The notes: generated from the letters alone by a model not told the origin. 64,000 nt of DNA from a virus (IMGVR_UViG_3300028388_003891:5513-69512), one strand, 5' to 3'; counted from the first letter of the stretch, positions 10,044 to 20,902 are shown. Numbers and translations are program-made.

Positions 10044-11414
10044 ATGTCTGATTTTGTACGTGTACCAGCTGATGGTGCAGGTAAACGTGTCACAACAAAA
10101 GTATACGCTGATAGCGCTGGCGATCTTTATACGCAAGTGGTGCATGTTGGTGACCGTTCTGACCCCACTCGTCTACAGACAATCGCGGCCGATGGGTCTG
10201 CTCTTGTAGAATTTAGTTCAGGGGTCCCGCAATTTAACGCCTTTAACAGACTTTTGACAACGCAGGATGATCTATTATCCGCATTTAAGTTCTATGAAGG
10301 TCCCAAAGCTGTAGCAACTAAAATTGATGCACAAACTACCGGCTCTGCTTCGGTCTTCTTCAATAGCGCTAACCAATCATACACTTTGCGATGCCCATCA
10401 GGAACAGGCCAAAAGGCGACGTTATCTTCGCACCGACGATTCAGCTATAAACCCGGCGCGTCAATAACGATGTTCTTTGTTGTTTCAGGCAACGCTACGT
10501 CGCAGCCTAACAACATTCGCCGCGCTGGTTTGTTCGACGAGAATGATGGCTTGTTTTTAGAGCTCGAAGATGGAGTTATTAATGTCGTCATCCGCAAAGG
10601 CGGCGTTGATACAAAAGTGCCCCAATCCGCGTGGAACAACGATCGTGTAGATGGAGCCGCCGGCGACTTTAATCGTTCAAGTGCTCGGTTAAATCCCGGC
10701 ACAATGAACATTTTCTTCATCACTTACCAATATCTTTCCGCTGGCGCAGTTACCTTTGGTCATTACGTTGGTGGCACACCTACTGTATTACACCGTGTTA
10801 GCAATTACGGCGAGTTGACCTCTCCATATATGGAAAACACGTATTTGCCACATCGGTTTGAATGTGAAAACACCGGTATTGGCCAGACGGGCGATACGGA
10901 TTTGTATACGTTTTGTTCTGCGACAGTGGCTGAGGGGTACACAGACCTTTTGCGTACACCGCTTGCCTTCGAAGCTACGAAAACTCTTTCCACAGATTCT
11001 GATGTGCCTATCATCACATTTCGCCCCAAACAAACTTACCAAGGCGATGATAACAGATATCGTTATCTACTCCAGTATGTTTCGGCGTACACCCACAATC
11101 AGCCAGTTGTCTTGACATTGTGGGCAACGACGACACCCTCCGGAGCTACGTACGAAGATAGCGCTCTTGGTCTAGAAATAGATACCGCCGCAACCGGAGT
11201 TGCTGGAGGGCTTCCTTACGGCAAATTAATGCTTGCTGCTAATCAAACAGGCGACATCAATTTAACACTAACTGGCGGCGACAATTCGACGGATGGGCTA
11301 TTTCGTAATAACGACATCACACAAAGCGACGTATGGTCTATAACCGGACGACGTTTGACAGATAGTGGAGATGCTGTAGTAACTGTGGGCGGATCCTTTT
11401 TCCAGGTGGAATGA
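10044..11414 (+). CDS. Structural protein (tail fibre or baseplate-like), function unknown
   Basis: 456 aa with beta-rich composition. Preceded by a GATAAATA box at 10006-10013. Confidence 0.35.
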   Translation: MSDFVRVPADGAGKRVTTKVYADSAGDLYTQVVHVGDRSDPTRLQTIAADGSALVEFSSGVPQFNAFNRLLTTQDDLLSAFKFYEGPKAVATKIDAQTTGSASVFFNSANQSYTLRCPSGTGQKATLSSHRRFSYKPGASITMFFVVSGNATSQPNNIRRAGLFDENDGLFLELEDGVINVVIRKGGVDTKVPQSAWNNDRVDGAAGDFNRSSARLNPGTMNIFFITYQYLSAGAVTFGHYVGGTPTVLHRVSNYGELTSPYMENTYLPHRFECENTGIGQTGDTDLYTFCSATVAEGYTDLLRTPLAFEATKTLSTDSDVPIITFRPKQTYQGDDNRYRYLLQYVSAYTHNQPVVLTLWATTTPSGATYEDSALGLEIDTAATGVAGGLPYGKLMLAANQTGDINLTLTGGDNSTDGLFRNNDITQSDVWSITGRRLTDSGDAVVTVGGSFFQVE

Positions 11415-11914
11415 TGCTTGCAACGATGTGGGGAGGCTTCTGGGCCGACTGGGAGCTATATCATAAAGTTACATTCGATGGTCCCAATAGGCTAATTATT
11501 GTAAACCCTGGCGTCAATAACCTTGACATCAAGACCGACGTATATTCAGATTGGAAAGAGTGGGTGGGGGTTTCACCGGATAATGCTAGATGGCCTCAAG
11601 CTATACGTACGATTGGTGGTGACCCTACTGTAGGTTCATTGCGAGCTGGTGATATCTACTTTTTGGTCAATCGATGGAAACTGATTATTGACGTCGAAAC
11701 GGTTCGTGTGACCGGCGCTTTGTTCTCAGATGATTTTGAATCAGCGTATTACAAGAACGTTAACACGCCAGTATTTCCTGCGCAGGTTTCACAGCTTGTT
11801 CAGGCGATCGAAACCCGCGCGGCATTAACAGACGAACAAGCACAACAGCTAGAAGATGGCTACTTAGCCATTTTGAAAGCACTGACAACAAGAAAATACT
11901 TAGCACTTTCTTAG
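11411..11914 (+). CDS. Hypothetical protein, translationally coupled to the upstream structural gene
   Basis: 167 aa. ATGA start/stop overlap with the preceding gene. Confidence 0.3.
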   Translation: MMLATMWGGFWADWELYHKVTFDGPNRLIIVNPGVNNLDIKTDVYSDWKEWVGVSPDNARWPQAIRTIGGDPTVGSLRAGDIYFLVNRWKLIIDVETVRVTGALFSDDFESAYYKNVNTPVFPAQVSQLVQAIETRAALTDEQAQQLEDGYLAILKALTTRKYLALS

Positions 11915-12172
11915 GAGTGAATTATGAACGATGAAAACGATGTGCAGCAAGACCTCACCAACGAAATCGAAGGCCTGATCGATGCTGCACTGCAAAAAGA
12001 TTATGTCCAAGCCGAAAAGCATTTTAGCGCCGCAATTGGCGACAAAGTACTCGACGCTCTTGATGCTCAACGAGTGAATGTAGCCGACACTGTTTGGAAT
12101 AATAAAGCCGCATATGATGCGGAAGAGTCCGAGAGTGAAAACTAACTGGTGCCCCCGCGAATTCAGAGCTTG

Positions 12173-12180
12173 TATAAATA
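12173..12180 (+). promoter_or_regulatory. T4-type late promoter box TATAAATA
   Basis: Exact TATAAATA 7 nt upstream of the 12187 ORF start. Confidence 0.45.
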
Positions 12181-12389
12181 AAACCCATGAAAACTCTTGC
12201 GGACATCCGGATGATGCTCGAAGTAGCTAAACACACTACATACCGTACACATGGTGTAGATGTGGTTATTACAAGAGTAGGAAACAAGTACCAGGCCTCG
12301 ATAGACGGCGAGGTACTTGACACGTACAACACCGAGGACCAAGCAAGACAAATGGCAGTCGCTTTTGCAAAGCAGTATTCGAGTAGAAA

Positions 12390-13040
12390 ATGACGATGAA
12401 GTTAATCACTGAATACACGACCGACTTTGAAGTAGTCTGTGAAGCTACTGAAAGCGGCAAAAAATATGCTATCGAAGGTGTATTTGCACAAGCAGAAGCT
12501 AAAAACCGCAACGGTCGCATCTATCCAAAAAGAGTGATGGAGCAGGCTGTTAACAAATACAAAACCGAACAGGTTGATACGGGACGAGCTGTTGGTGAGT
12601 TAAATCATCCAAAAACGCCGACAGTTAATCTCGACAGAGTTTCTCACCTCATCACTGACCTTCGCTTTGAAGGTAACGATGTGGTTGGAAAAGCGTCTAT
12701 TCTTGAAACACCTATGGGTCACATCGTAAAAGGTTTGCTCGAAGGTGGTGTCAAATTAGGCGTATCTACACGTGGTATGGGAAGCCTTGAGCAGCGCGGC
12801 GGAGTAAACTTCGTCGGCAACGACTTCATGTTGAACACAGTGGACATCGTCCAAGATCCATCAGCACCAGGAGCTTTTGTGAATGGTATTCTTGAAGGGG
12901 TTGATTGGGTATTGAACAACGAAGGAGTTTTTGAGCCTCAAGCACTTGAGCAGCTAGAGACAGAAATTAGCAGGGCACCACGCGGCAAACGCGACTATGT
13001 CGCCGCCGCAGCGTTTCGCAATTTCCTCTCGTCCTTATAA
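12390..13040 (+). CDS. Prohead core protease (T4 gp21-like)
   Basis: 216 aa. Position immediately before scaffold and major capsid genes (gp21-22-23 order). 'GELNHP...STRGMGS' region. Confidence 0.5.
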   Translation: MTMKLITEYTTDFEVVCEATESGKKYAIEGVFAQAEAKNRNGRIYPKRVMEQAVNKYKTEQVDTGRAVGELNHPKTPTVNLDRVSHLITDLRFEGNDVVGKASILETPMGHIVKGLLEGGVKLGVSTRGMGSLEQRGGVNFVGNDFMLNTVDIVQDPSAPGAFVNGILEGVDWVLNNEGVFEPQALEQLETEISRAPRGKRDYVAAAAFRNFLSSL

Positions 13041-13065
13041 CGTCTCTCACACATAGGAGTGTAAG

Positions 13066-13749
13066 ATGAGCGATAACAAAAATCGCCACGATGACGGGAA
13101 AGAAATCGTGGACGAAATGAAGCATGACCCCGCAGCCGCTGAGCAACAATCAGTTGCTTCTGTTGCTAAAACTGACGACAACGTCAAGCGTGCACCTGCA
13201 CGTAAAGGCGACAAGAGAAACAGTGAGCCAATGACTAAAGCTGGAAAGATGAATGCCGTAAATCAGGCGATGAAAGAGATGACGAAAGAAAATTTCGACG
13301 TTCTTTACAACGCTGTAATTAACGGCGAACTGCCTGTTGCAGAAGGTGCAAAAGTTGAGTACGACTACCGTGCTGATCTTTACGACCTGATCGACGAAGA
13401 TGATTCACTTGACGAATCATTCAAAGTACAGGCTGGAACCATCTTTGAAACTGCAGTCAATCAGAAAGTTTCCACCGCACTCGAAAGCCTCGAGGAGCAG
13501 TATCAAGCCGATCTCGATGGGCAAGTAGAATCAATCCGCACAGAGATGGTTGAAGGCATCGATCGCTACTTGACTAATGCGGTAGAGAAGTGGTTGGAAG
13601 AAAATCGCGTTGCTATCGATACTGGCTTGCGTAACGAAATTGCCGAAGGGTTCATGGCGAACCTCAAGGACATCTTCGAGCAACACTATATCGATGCAAC
13701 GAGCAGACCGACGAAAACATTGAGCTTGCTAACGTTGCTGAGCATCTAA
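13066..13749 (+). CDS. Prohead scaffold protein (gp22-like); C-terminus possibly continues in another frame
   Basis: 227 aa, highly acidic with coiled-coil character. Located between protease and capsid genes. Confidence 0.55.
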   Translation: MSDNKNRHDDGKEIVDEMKHDPAAAEQQSVASVAKTDDNVKRAPARKGDKRNSEPMTKAGKMNAVNQAMKEMTKENFDVLYNAVINGELPVAEGAKVEYDYRADLYDLIDEDDSLDESFKVQAGTIFETAVNQKVSTALESLEEQYQADLDGQVESIRTEMVEGIDRYLTNAVEKWLEENRVAIDTGLRNEIAEGFMANLKDIFEQHYIDATSRPTKTLSLLTLLSI

Positions 13750-13811
13750 GCCGAGAGCTCGTTGTACGTGAACTCAGCGAAGGCCTAACCGACACGCAGG
13801 CTGAAAGGCTG

Positions 13812-14018
13812 ATGAGTCTCACTGAGAACGTTGAGTACGAGGACGTCGATGCATTTGCTGAAAAAGTGCAAAACATCCGTGAGTCGTACTTCTCTGGCAA
13901 GCAGTCTGAAGCTGATACACAGCTAACGGAAGGCGTGCTCACAGAAGAAGACGAGGCGGAAGACATCGATGATGTCATGGCAAGCTACGTCGAAACCATT
14001 CGTCGAGCAAAATCCTAA
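13812..14018 (+). CDS. Small acidic protein; may be the C-terminal part of the scaffold
   Basis: Its frame is open from 13635, overlapping the scaffold 3' end. It reads as scaffold-like acidic helical sequence ('...ENIELANVAEHLSRELVVRELSEG...'). Confidence 0.3.
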   Translation: MSLTENVEYEDVDAFAEKVQNIRESYFSGKQSEADTQLTEGVLTEEDEAEDIDDVMASYVETIRRAKS

Positions 14019-14047
14019 TCCCATTTTTCCACGGAGAAAAATAACAA

Positions 14048-15394
14048 ATGCAAAATCTAGTAAACTACAGCGCTCTTACTAAGAAGTGGGCGCCTGTTCT
14101 CGACGAGGAGTCTGTCGGCTCTATTACCGACCGTCACCGTCGTAACGTAACCGCTGCTGTTCTGGAGAACACGCAAGATGCTCTTACTTCAGAGCGTGAG
14201 CAAATCCAATCCTTGATGGAGGCAGCTCCTGCTAACAACACTGGCAATGTTGGCAACTGGGATCCCGTTCTGATCTCTCTCGTACGCCGTGCAATGCCTA
14301 ACCTGATCGCTTACGACGTTTGTGGCGTTCAGCCAATGACTGGTCCTACTGGCCTGATCTTCGCTATGAAGTCTCGCTACCAGTCAACCAAAGCTGGCGC
14401 TACTGCTGGTGACGAAGCTCTGTTCCAAGAAGCTCTCGTTGGCTACTCAGGCGATTCTTCAACACAAGGCAACGGTAGCGACGGTCCTTCTGGCCTCGCT
14501 GGTCTTACTGACTCTAACGGTGACAGCAGCCTCGATAACGACCGTACTGGTCCTTACACTGGTGATGCCTACACGACTCAAGAGGCGGAAGCCTTGGGTG
14601 ACGGCGTAGGTGAAGCTTTTGCTGAGATGGGATTCACCATCGAAAAATCAACTGTGACTGCGAAGTCACGTGCGTTGAAAGCAGAGTACACCATTGAGAT
14701 GGCACAGGATCTGAAAGCGATCCACGGTCTTGACGCCGAAACCGAGCTTGCAAACGTCCTTTCCACGGAAGTGCTTGCTGAAATCAATCGCGAAGTAATC
14801 CGCACCATCAACTCTCAGGCAAAGACTGGATGTCTCCAGGCGAACGTAACTACGAAAGGTATTTTCAACCTTTCAACGGACGCTGATGGTCGTTGGTCTG
14901 CAGAGAAGTTCAAGGGTATGCTTGTACAGCTCGACCGCGAAGCTAACGTAATCGCGAAAGAAACTCGTCGCGGTAAGGGTAACGTTGTTGTGTGTTCTTC
15001 GGATGTCGCAACCGCTCTTGTTGCAACAGGTATGCTGGACTATGCTCCTGCTATCTCCGCAAACTTGCAAGTTGACGATACTGGTAACACCTTTGCTGGA
15101 GTTCTCAACGGACGTACTCGCGTGTACATCGATCCTTACGCAGTTGCTGACTACGTAACGGTTGGTTTCCGTGGTAACAATCCTTTTGATGCTGGCGTCT
15201 TCTACTGCCCATACGTACCGCTGATGATGATGCGTGCTGTTGGGGAAGGTAACTTCCAGCCAAAGATCGGCTTCAAGACCCGATACGGAATGGCTTCAAA
15301 CCCATTCGTAGGTGCGACTCCTGCTAACGGCCTAGCTGCAGCTAAGACTAACCAGTACTACAGAATTTTCAGAGTAGATGGAATTCTGCAATAA
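14048..15394 (+). CDS. Major capsid protein (gp23-like)
   Basis: 448 aa. Follows protease and scaffold, and is followed by a strong terminator. Confidence 0.65.
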   Translation: MQNLVNYSALTKKWAPVLDEESVGSITDRHRRNVTAAVLENTQDALTSEREQIQSLMEAAPANNTGNVGNWDPVLISLVRRAMPNLIAYDVCGVQPMTGPTGLIFAMKSRYQSTKAGATAGDEALFQEALVGYSGDSSTQGNGSDGPSGLAGLTDSNGDSSLDNDRTGPYTGDAYTTQEAEALGDGVGEAFAEMGFTIEKSTVTAKSRALKAEYTIEMAQDLKAIHGLDAETELANVLSTEVLAEINREVIRTINSQAKTGCLQANVTTKGIFNLSTDADGRWSAEKFKGMLVQLDREANVIAKETRRGKGNVVVCSSDVATALVATGMLDYAPAISANLQVDDTGNTFAGVLNGRTRVYIDPYAVADYVTVGFRGNNPFDAGVFYCPYVPLMMMRAVGEGNFQPKIGFKTRYGMASNPFVGATPANGLAAAKTNQYYRIFRVDGILQ

Positions 15395-15424
15395 GAACTA
15401 GATTCCTTATAAGGAACTATTTCA

Positions 15425-15447
15425 AGGGGCTTCGGCCCCTTTTTTAT
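15425..15447 (+). terminator. Rho-independent terminator after the capsid gene
   Basis: AAGGGGCTTCGGCCCCTT hairpin followed by a TTTTTTATT run. Confidence 0.75.
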
Positions 15448-15525
15448 TACGAAGGGTTAACCGTCTTATTCAGCTTGTGAGTCCTTGGATAATTGGGGGC
15501 CTTATACTCGACGGCCTTAATCACA

Positions 15526-15789
15526 CTATTCATGAATTGCTTGCTCCACGCACTCTAGTAGTTCTTCCCCGAGCTTATAGATACGTTGGTCTCTAGTTAC
15601 GGGATCTTTATCCTGCGCCTCTTCCAGAGGAATATCCACTGTGATTCGCAGCAAGGGCGTCAACGTTTGCTCATCCATGGCAAACTCATTCCAATATAAT
15701 CTCATATCAGTACATCGGCTGATGACGAGACTTCCAGAGACCATAAATCTCAAGCTCTTCAACGATCTTTTCAACTTGCCGTTCGTCAA
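15526..15789 (-). CDS. Hypothetical protein (minus strand)
   Basis: 87 aa. Overlaps the upstream minus-strand ORF by about 80 nt in another frame. Confidence 0.25.
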   Translation of the reverse strand: MTNGKLKRSLKSLRFMVSGSLVISRCTDMRLYWNEFAMDEQTLTPLLRITVDIPLEEAQDKDPVTRDQRIYKLGEELLECVEQAIHE

Positions 15790-15970
15790 ATGGTCCTAGT
15801 TCTGGATACACGTTAGAACTAGGAGGCGTAATACACGCTGTACTAGTTTCTAGTGTGGGGTGGTCTGTGTTGACCCACAACTGCAATTGCTCACACTCTT
15901 CGAAAGAGGGGGTCTGAATTGCAATTGCAGGTGTACCTAGAAAAAAGATGAGCAGGAATGTCTTTATCAT
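15707..15970 (-). CDS. Small secreted protein (signal peptide MIKTFLLIFFLGTPAIA), start chosen at an internal Met
   Basis: Hydrophobic N-terminal signal sequence. The longer 129-aa ORF to 16096 is also possible. Confidence 0.3.
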   Translation of the reverse strand: MIKTFLLIFFLGTPAIAIQTPSFEECEQLQLWVNTDHPTLETSTACITPPSSNVYPELGPFDERQVEKIVEELEIYGLWKSRHQPMY

Positions 15971-16164
15971 TTGGTTAGCACCATTAGTAGCCACACGAAT
16001 GTTGGTATAGACGCTACACAAAGCACTCGTGGTGTGTGTAAAGGATCCCAGAACGCCGGTGTAAAACGCTTCACAAATAATGCTGACAGCACACATATTA
16101 TGACTGTCAGTATCAATGCTATTAATCGAACGTCCATAGCAAAACCGGCACTAGGCCGGTTTAC

Positions 16165-17607
16165 TCATGCAACCGCATAACGATCGCTCATGATTGTGTC
16201 AAGCATTACAGAATGCGGTGTCAACGTGCCTCCTAGCAACCCTTTAACGACTGCAGGACTTGCACCGCTGACGAGTGCTGCTCCGCTTTCATGCATCGTC
16301 ACAGGAATGTTATTGCCACGATCACACACATTCCACCATACAAGCTGAGGAACCTCGTATCCAGCTTTGCTGAACATCTCACGAGCCATTTCCTGTGCGG
16401 TAAAGTTAGTGCCTCGCCGTTGCACAAAGGGATGATCAAACTGCATATCGCTGATCACCAACAGATGCGTTGGCATGTCCTCTTGCGACAGATTAGCACG
16501 CTTTGCTGCAGTCAGTACTGCCTTAAATGTTTTCTGCAAATCGGTGTTCGCACCCCAGCCTGCAGATTCAACACTCTGCCAGCGCTGTTTCAGCGTTTTG
16601 CCTTTGATTACTTGCATTTGCGGACGCTCACTAAACGTAATGAACTGATCCTTAAAGATCGAAGTATTACGCTCGGCAAGGTACATTGCCAGAGACGTCG
16701 ACACGTCCATCGCTGTAACCGTTCCCGACCCCAGCGTTTGATTCATCGAGCACGACACGTCACAAACAACCATAAATCGAGCGTTGCTGTCGCCAATGTA
16801 ATCAGGCAGCGCTTTCCACTGTGCATCAGCCACTTGTGCATCACCGAGACGCAGTGATTTAACGATGTCGTATGGAAACACAGCACTTGCATTGACCTTG
16901 ACATCAGCATCCCCACGAGACAACTTTGCGCGGTACGAAGCATAGCCATCAGGATCGTGGCGGTAGAACGCTGCCTGGTAACGGGCTGCCGCAACCGACG
17001 GCACATGGCTGTAGGTGATCTGCGACCATTCATTGGCACACATACGCTGCTCGACAGTGTCGGACAGCGGCACAATCAATCTGCGCCACGCTTTTTCGTT
17101 GCGAACACCTGCTGCCTTAATAAGCGGCCGGGCCCCTTTCTTCACTTTACGTGGGGCCCACTTAGCCGCAAGACCATTGCCTTGCTCGATTGCTGTAACC
17201 CACAGCTCTGCTGCAAATGACTCGAGTGGTGTACCGAACGCCGCTTGAAGGTCGTCCCAGCGGCCAACTTCCGGAAGACGCTGTATTAGCGTCTGCGCTA
17301 CCTCTCGTAGCTCGGGGTTTGGTGCACCAGCAAGACCATTGATAATAAGGCGAACCGTTTCACGCTCGCCAGCACCACCACGAATGTCGCGGCCCCACAG
17401 CACAATACGCATTGCGTATTCTGGATTTTCCTGATACGCAGCCATAAACTGCCCAATCAGGTCTTTTCCCCGAGAAGAGCCTATCTGAAAAAACAGATCA
17501 ACGCAATCATTTAGCGAGCTGTGGAACGCTTCCATCCCATTCTCGGTGATCGTTGTGTTGGTCATTTGTGCCGCAAGTTTGCTTACTTGTGTCATAATAA
17601 TCTCCAA
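16165..17607 (-). CDS. vWA-domain protein (tentatively DUF2828; possibly Ro60/TROVE-related)
   Basis: 480 aa. MIDAS-type motif 'VVCDVSCSM' (DxSxS), a helical N-terminal domain and 'GMEAFHSS...DLFFQIG' N-terminus. Minus-strand terminator hairpin at about 16130-16160. Confidence 0.5.
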   Translation of the reverse strand: MEIIMTQVSKLAAQMTNTTITENGMEAFHSSLNDCVDLFFQIGSSRGKDLIGQFMAAYQENPEYAMRIVLWGRDIRGGAGERETVRLIINGLAGAPNPELREVAQTLIQRLPEVGRWDDLQAAFGTPLESFAAELWVTAIEQGNGLAAKWAPRKVKKGARPLIKAAGVRNEKAWRRLIVPLSDTVEQRMCANEWSQITYSHVPSVAAARYQAAFYRHDPDGYASYRAKLSRGDADVKVNASAVFPYDIVKSLRLGDAQVADAQWKALPDYIGDSNARFMVVCDVSCSMNQTLGSGTVTAMDVSTSLAMYLAERNTSIFKDQFITFSERPQMQVIKGKTLKQRWQSVESAGWGANTDLQKTFKAVLTAAKRANLSQEDMPTHLLVISDMQFDHPFVQRRGTNFTAQEMAREMFSKAGYEVPQLVWWNVCDRGNNIPVTMHESGAALVSGASPAVVKGLLGGTLTPHSVMLDTIMSDRYAVA

Positions 17608-17972
17608 AACAGACTGTACACTATCGCTACCATTTTAAATTTGCTGCAGACAGTCTTTGCTAGTAACGGAATGATTTTTCCTAGCGTTTGTTTGAGGACA
17701 AACCTTTCGATTGGTTGCTGTAATCATTCCTAAATTCTACTCAGCGAATAACGGGTCGCCTTGCTCATCAACGAGGTTGTCGTTGCGTACGATTTGAACG
17801 ACACCTCGATTTCCTCGCCGCGAAATTCCGTCAAAGGGGAGCAGTACGTACGTATACTCCCCACTGCTTATGATCGGGAAAACCCTTTGCTTGGTTTTCT
17901 TAATCCGTGTAGTTTTTAACATTCGAGTATCTTCCTTCGATCAAAAGCAATTGTCAACAGATAAATATCTGT

Positions 17973-18476
17973 ATGTCAACATGCATCGACAACCTTAGCT
18001 ATTTCCAACCAACCGGGTTTCGCATTATCGTCGATCGTACCCATTATCCTGCCTTTCAATTCTTTGCTCAACAGGTTACATTGCCGCAAGTAATCGTCGA
18101 ACCAGCGCCGCAAGGCGCGTCTAGGATCAACAGCATCCCTCATACAGGAGACGCCATTACCTTTGGTGAGTTGAATGTCTCCATGATTTTGGACGAAGAT
18201 TTCATTGGGTACACGGAGATATTAAACTGGATGATTCGACAAGTCAACACCAATCGTTATGGACAGCGAACACCACGCGACCAGCAGCGCCCGCCGTTGC
18301 AAGCTGACATTAAGGTAGAGGCACTTACGAGTCATAACAACAAAAACATTACCTTCACCTATCAAGGCGCTTTCCCCGTTTCACTTGGAGAGATATCGTT
18401 ACAATCGTCTGTTGCTGACGTCGAATACATCACCGTGCCAGTTGGATTCCGCTATACTCAATTCGATATAAGTTAA
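17973..18476 (+). CDS. Hypothetical protein
   Basis: 167 aa. No confident family. Upstream of uvsY. Confidence 0.3.
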   Translation: MSTCIDNLSYFQPTGFRIIVDRTHYPAFQFFAQQVTLPQVIVEPAPQGASRINSIPHTGDAITFGELNVSMILDEDFIGYTEILNWMIRQVNTNRYGQRTPRDQQRPPLQADIKVEALTSHNNKNITFTYQGAFPVSLGEISLQSSVADVEYITVPVGFRYTQFDIS

Positions 18477-18504
18477 TCTTTAACATACATTATGAGGTAT
18501 CGAT

Positions 18505-18957
18505 ATGGCTGAACATCTGACGATCGACGGCATCTACGATATGTGGAACGCAGAGTGTCAAATTGGGATTGACCTCGCCGAAGAATCCAGAAAAACGCCT
18601 ATTTTGCATTCCAAATACAGTCAGCTGCTGTCAACAGCCACATTACTGAAGCGCCGCGCTGAGAATCGATTAGATTCGCTCCTACAGACGAAATATCTGT
18701 ACTACAACGGAAAGCTAGACCCTAAAACTATCAGGCAACACGGATGGAACATTGATCCCTTCAATGGCGTCAAAATAATGAAGGGCGACCTCAATTATTG
18801 GTATAACGCTGACGTCGACATCCAGCAAGCTAAAGACCGCGTCGAATACTACAAGACGATGATCGACGCACTCAAGCAGATTTGTGATGCTCTAAAATGG
18901 CGTCACCAAACTATTCGAAATACACTCGAATTTATGAAATTTCAAGCAGGTGGTTAA
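18505..18957 (+). CDS. uvsY: UvsY recombination mediator protein
   Basis: 150 aa. C-terminus '...YKTMIDALKQICDALK...TLEFMKFQAGG' parallels T4 UvsY '...LDFCSGALDAIK...MRAFEAGK'. 'KYLYYNGKLD' parallels 'RLDYYSGRGD'. Confidence 0.7.
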   Translation: MAEHLTIDGIYDMWNAECQIGIDLAEESRKTPILHSKYSQLLSTATLLKRRAENRLDSLLQTKYLYYNGKLDPKTIRQHGWNIDPFNGVKIMKGDLNYWYNADVDIQQAKDRVEYYKTMIDALKQICDALKWRHQTIRNTLEFMKFQAGG

Positions 18958-20459
18958 TGTCGCACATACAAGCACAGCTGATCGATCACTGTGATGTACT
19001 ATTGTTCAGCAAAGACGGTGGAATCTACAACGACCTTAACAACCATCTCTCGTTCTTAGCCCCAAATTACAAATACAATCCCAAATATAAAAAGGGGGTG
19101 TGGGATGGCTACATTCGCCTGGTAACGAAGGGACGTGTCGGTGTTGGTCTATGGCCACGTGTCCAAGAAATTTGCAAGACGTACGGTCATACGCTAGAAG
19201 TTGTACCAAGTCCTGTGCACGGATGCCCCCTTGACAAAGACTCAGTTCACCCTAGCGCTTTCGTTGACTTCATAAAGACCCTCAGTTTACCTCATGTACC
19301 TCATGATTTTCAGTACAAAACAGCCCTTGATTCAATACGCGATCGTAGAAAATTAATAATTTCGCCGACAGGCTCTGGCAAGTCGTTGATCGCTTATATG
19401 CTTACTAGGTGGGTCGTTGACAAACAGCACGGTAAGGTGTTGGTGGTCGTTCCTTCGATTAATCTGTTAAACCAGATTGTCAATGATTTTGCTGAGTATG
19501 GTTACGATATTGGCAACCATGTACTAAAGATTCATGATGAAAACGACAGCCACACCGTTGAGTATGCAGATGTCGTGGTTACAACTTGGCAAAGTGTGTA
19601 TAGACGACCACAGGAGTGGTTCGCACCCTTTACGTGTGTGATTGGGGATGAAGCGCATTCATTCCAAGCAAAGAGTTTGCATACCCTGATGAGCAAATGC
19701 GGCAATGCCATGTATAGATTTGGTCTGACAGGAACACTTGATGGCACTAAAGTTCATCAGCTTGTGCTTGAGTCTATGTTTGGTCCTGTCACTCATACGT
19801 CTTCAACTAAAGAGCTGCAAGACCGAAGTATCTTGGCGCCATGCGAGATTAAGGTACTGCTTGTTCATCACACCGATGAGCACAAACGTCAATGTGAAAA
19901 CATGATTCGCATGCAAAAACTAGAGCACACTAAAGCGAAGGCTTATAGACTGCAGCTTGAGTTTATTGCACAGATTGAGGCACGTAACAAATTGATTGCC
20001 AATCTCGCCAACGATATTAGCGGCAAAACAATTATTCTGTTTAGGTTCAAGCAGCATGGCAAAACAATTCGACAATTACTAGAGGATACTACAGACCGTA
20101 ACGTGTACTATTTCGATGGCACTGTTGAATCGAGCAAAAGGGAAAGCATGCGCCAACAGATCGAAGCTGATCCTACAGCATTAGTTGTAGCGTCATATGG
20201 AACATTCTCTGCGGGGATCAACATTAAAACAATCGACTCTGTAATTTTTGCCTCGCCATACAAAAGCACCATCAAAGTCCTTCAATCGATAGGTCGTGCA
20301 TTGCGCTATGTTGAGGGTAAGTCGGCTACTGTATACGACATTGTTGATGATTTGAGTAATGATGATCAATCAAATTACGCTATCCAGCACGGCATTAGTA
20401 GAAACCAAATTTACAATAAACAACAATTCCCAGTAACGCATTACGAGGTTAACCTTTAA
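18956..20459 (+). CDS. uvsW: UvsW-like DEAH-box helicase
   Basis: Walker A 'SPTGSGKS' and DEAH box 'VIGDEAHSF'. Start chosen at the TAATG overlap with the uvsY stop. The ORF-track start at 18897 is an N-terminal extension. Confidence 0.7.
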
Positions 20460-20902
20460 TGACAACAGACCAACAAGAACAGCAAAGAGATATCAAACAA
20501 TACAAATTAGTATCGGGGGAAGAAATTATCGTGTCTATTGAAGGACACGACCCATCAACAGGAGCTGTCATTGTTTATGCTCCACTTGTGATTACTGCAA
20601 TAGGCGACAACTTGATTTCGAGTGATGGCGGTTCTTCAATACACTCGGGTTATGCATTGAGGCCGTGGATAACATATGCTGATACACTTATGCAGCCTGT
20701 TGCATTAGCTAGTAACAGCATCATCGGCGCTAGTGTACCTGGTGAGATGATGAAAGCGCAATACGACTTGGCGTGCGCCAACATTGAAATGGCGTTGACA
20801 GAACTTGCTGTAAGCATGGCTGAAGAAGGACTCACAACCAATGATAGCGATACGCCTCGTGGTGGGACTGTGATTAACTTTAATAATCGCACCAAGCACT
20901 AA
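20459..20902 (+). CDS. Hypothetical protein
   Basis: 147 aa. ATGA overlap with the uvsW stop. Confidence 0.3.
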   Translation: MTTDQQEQQRDIKQYKLVSGEEIIVSIEGHDPSTGAVIVYAPLVITAIGDNLISSDGGSSIHSGYALRPWITYADTLMQPVALASNSIIGASVPGEMMKAQYDLACANIEMALTELAVSMAEEGLTTNDSDTPRGGTVINFNNRTKH

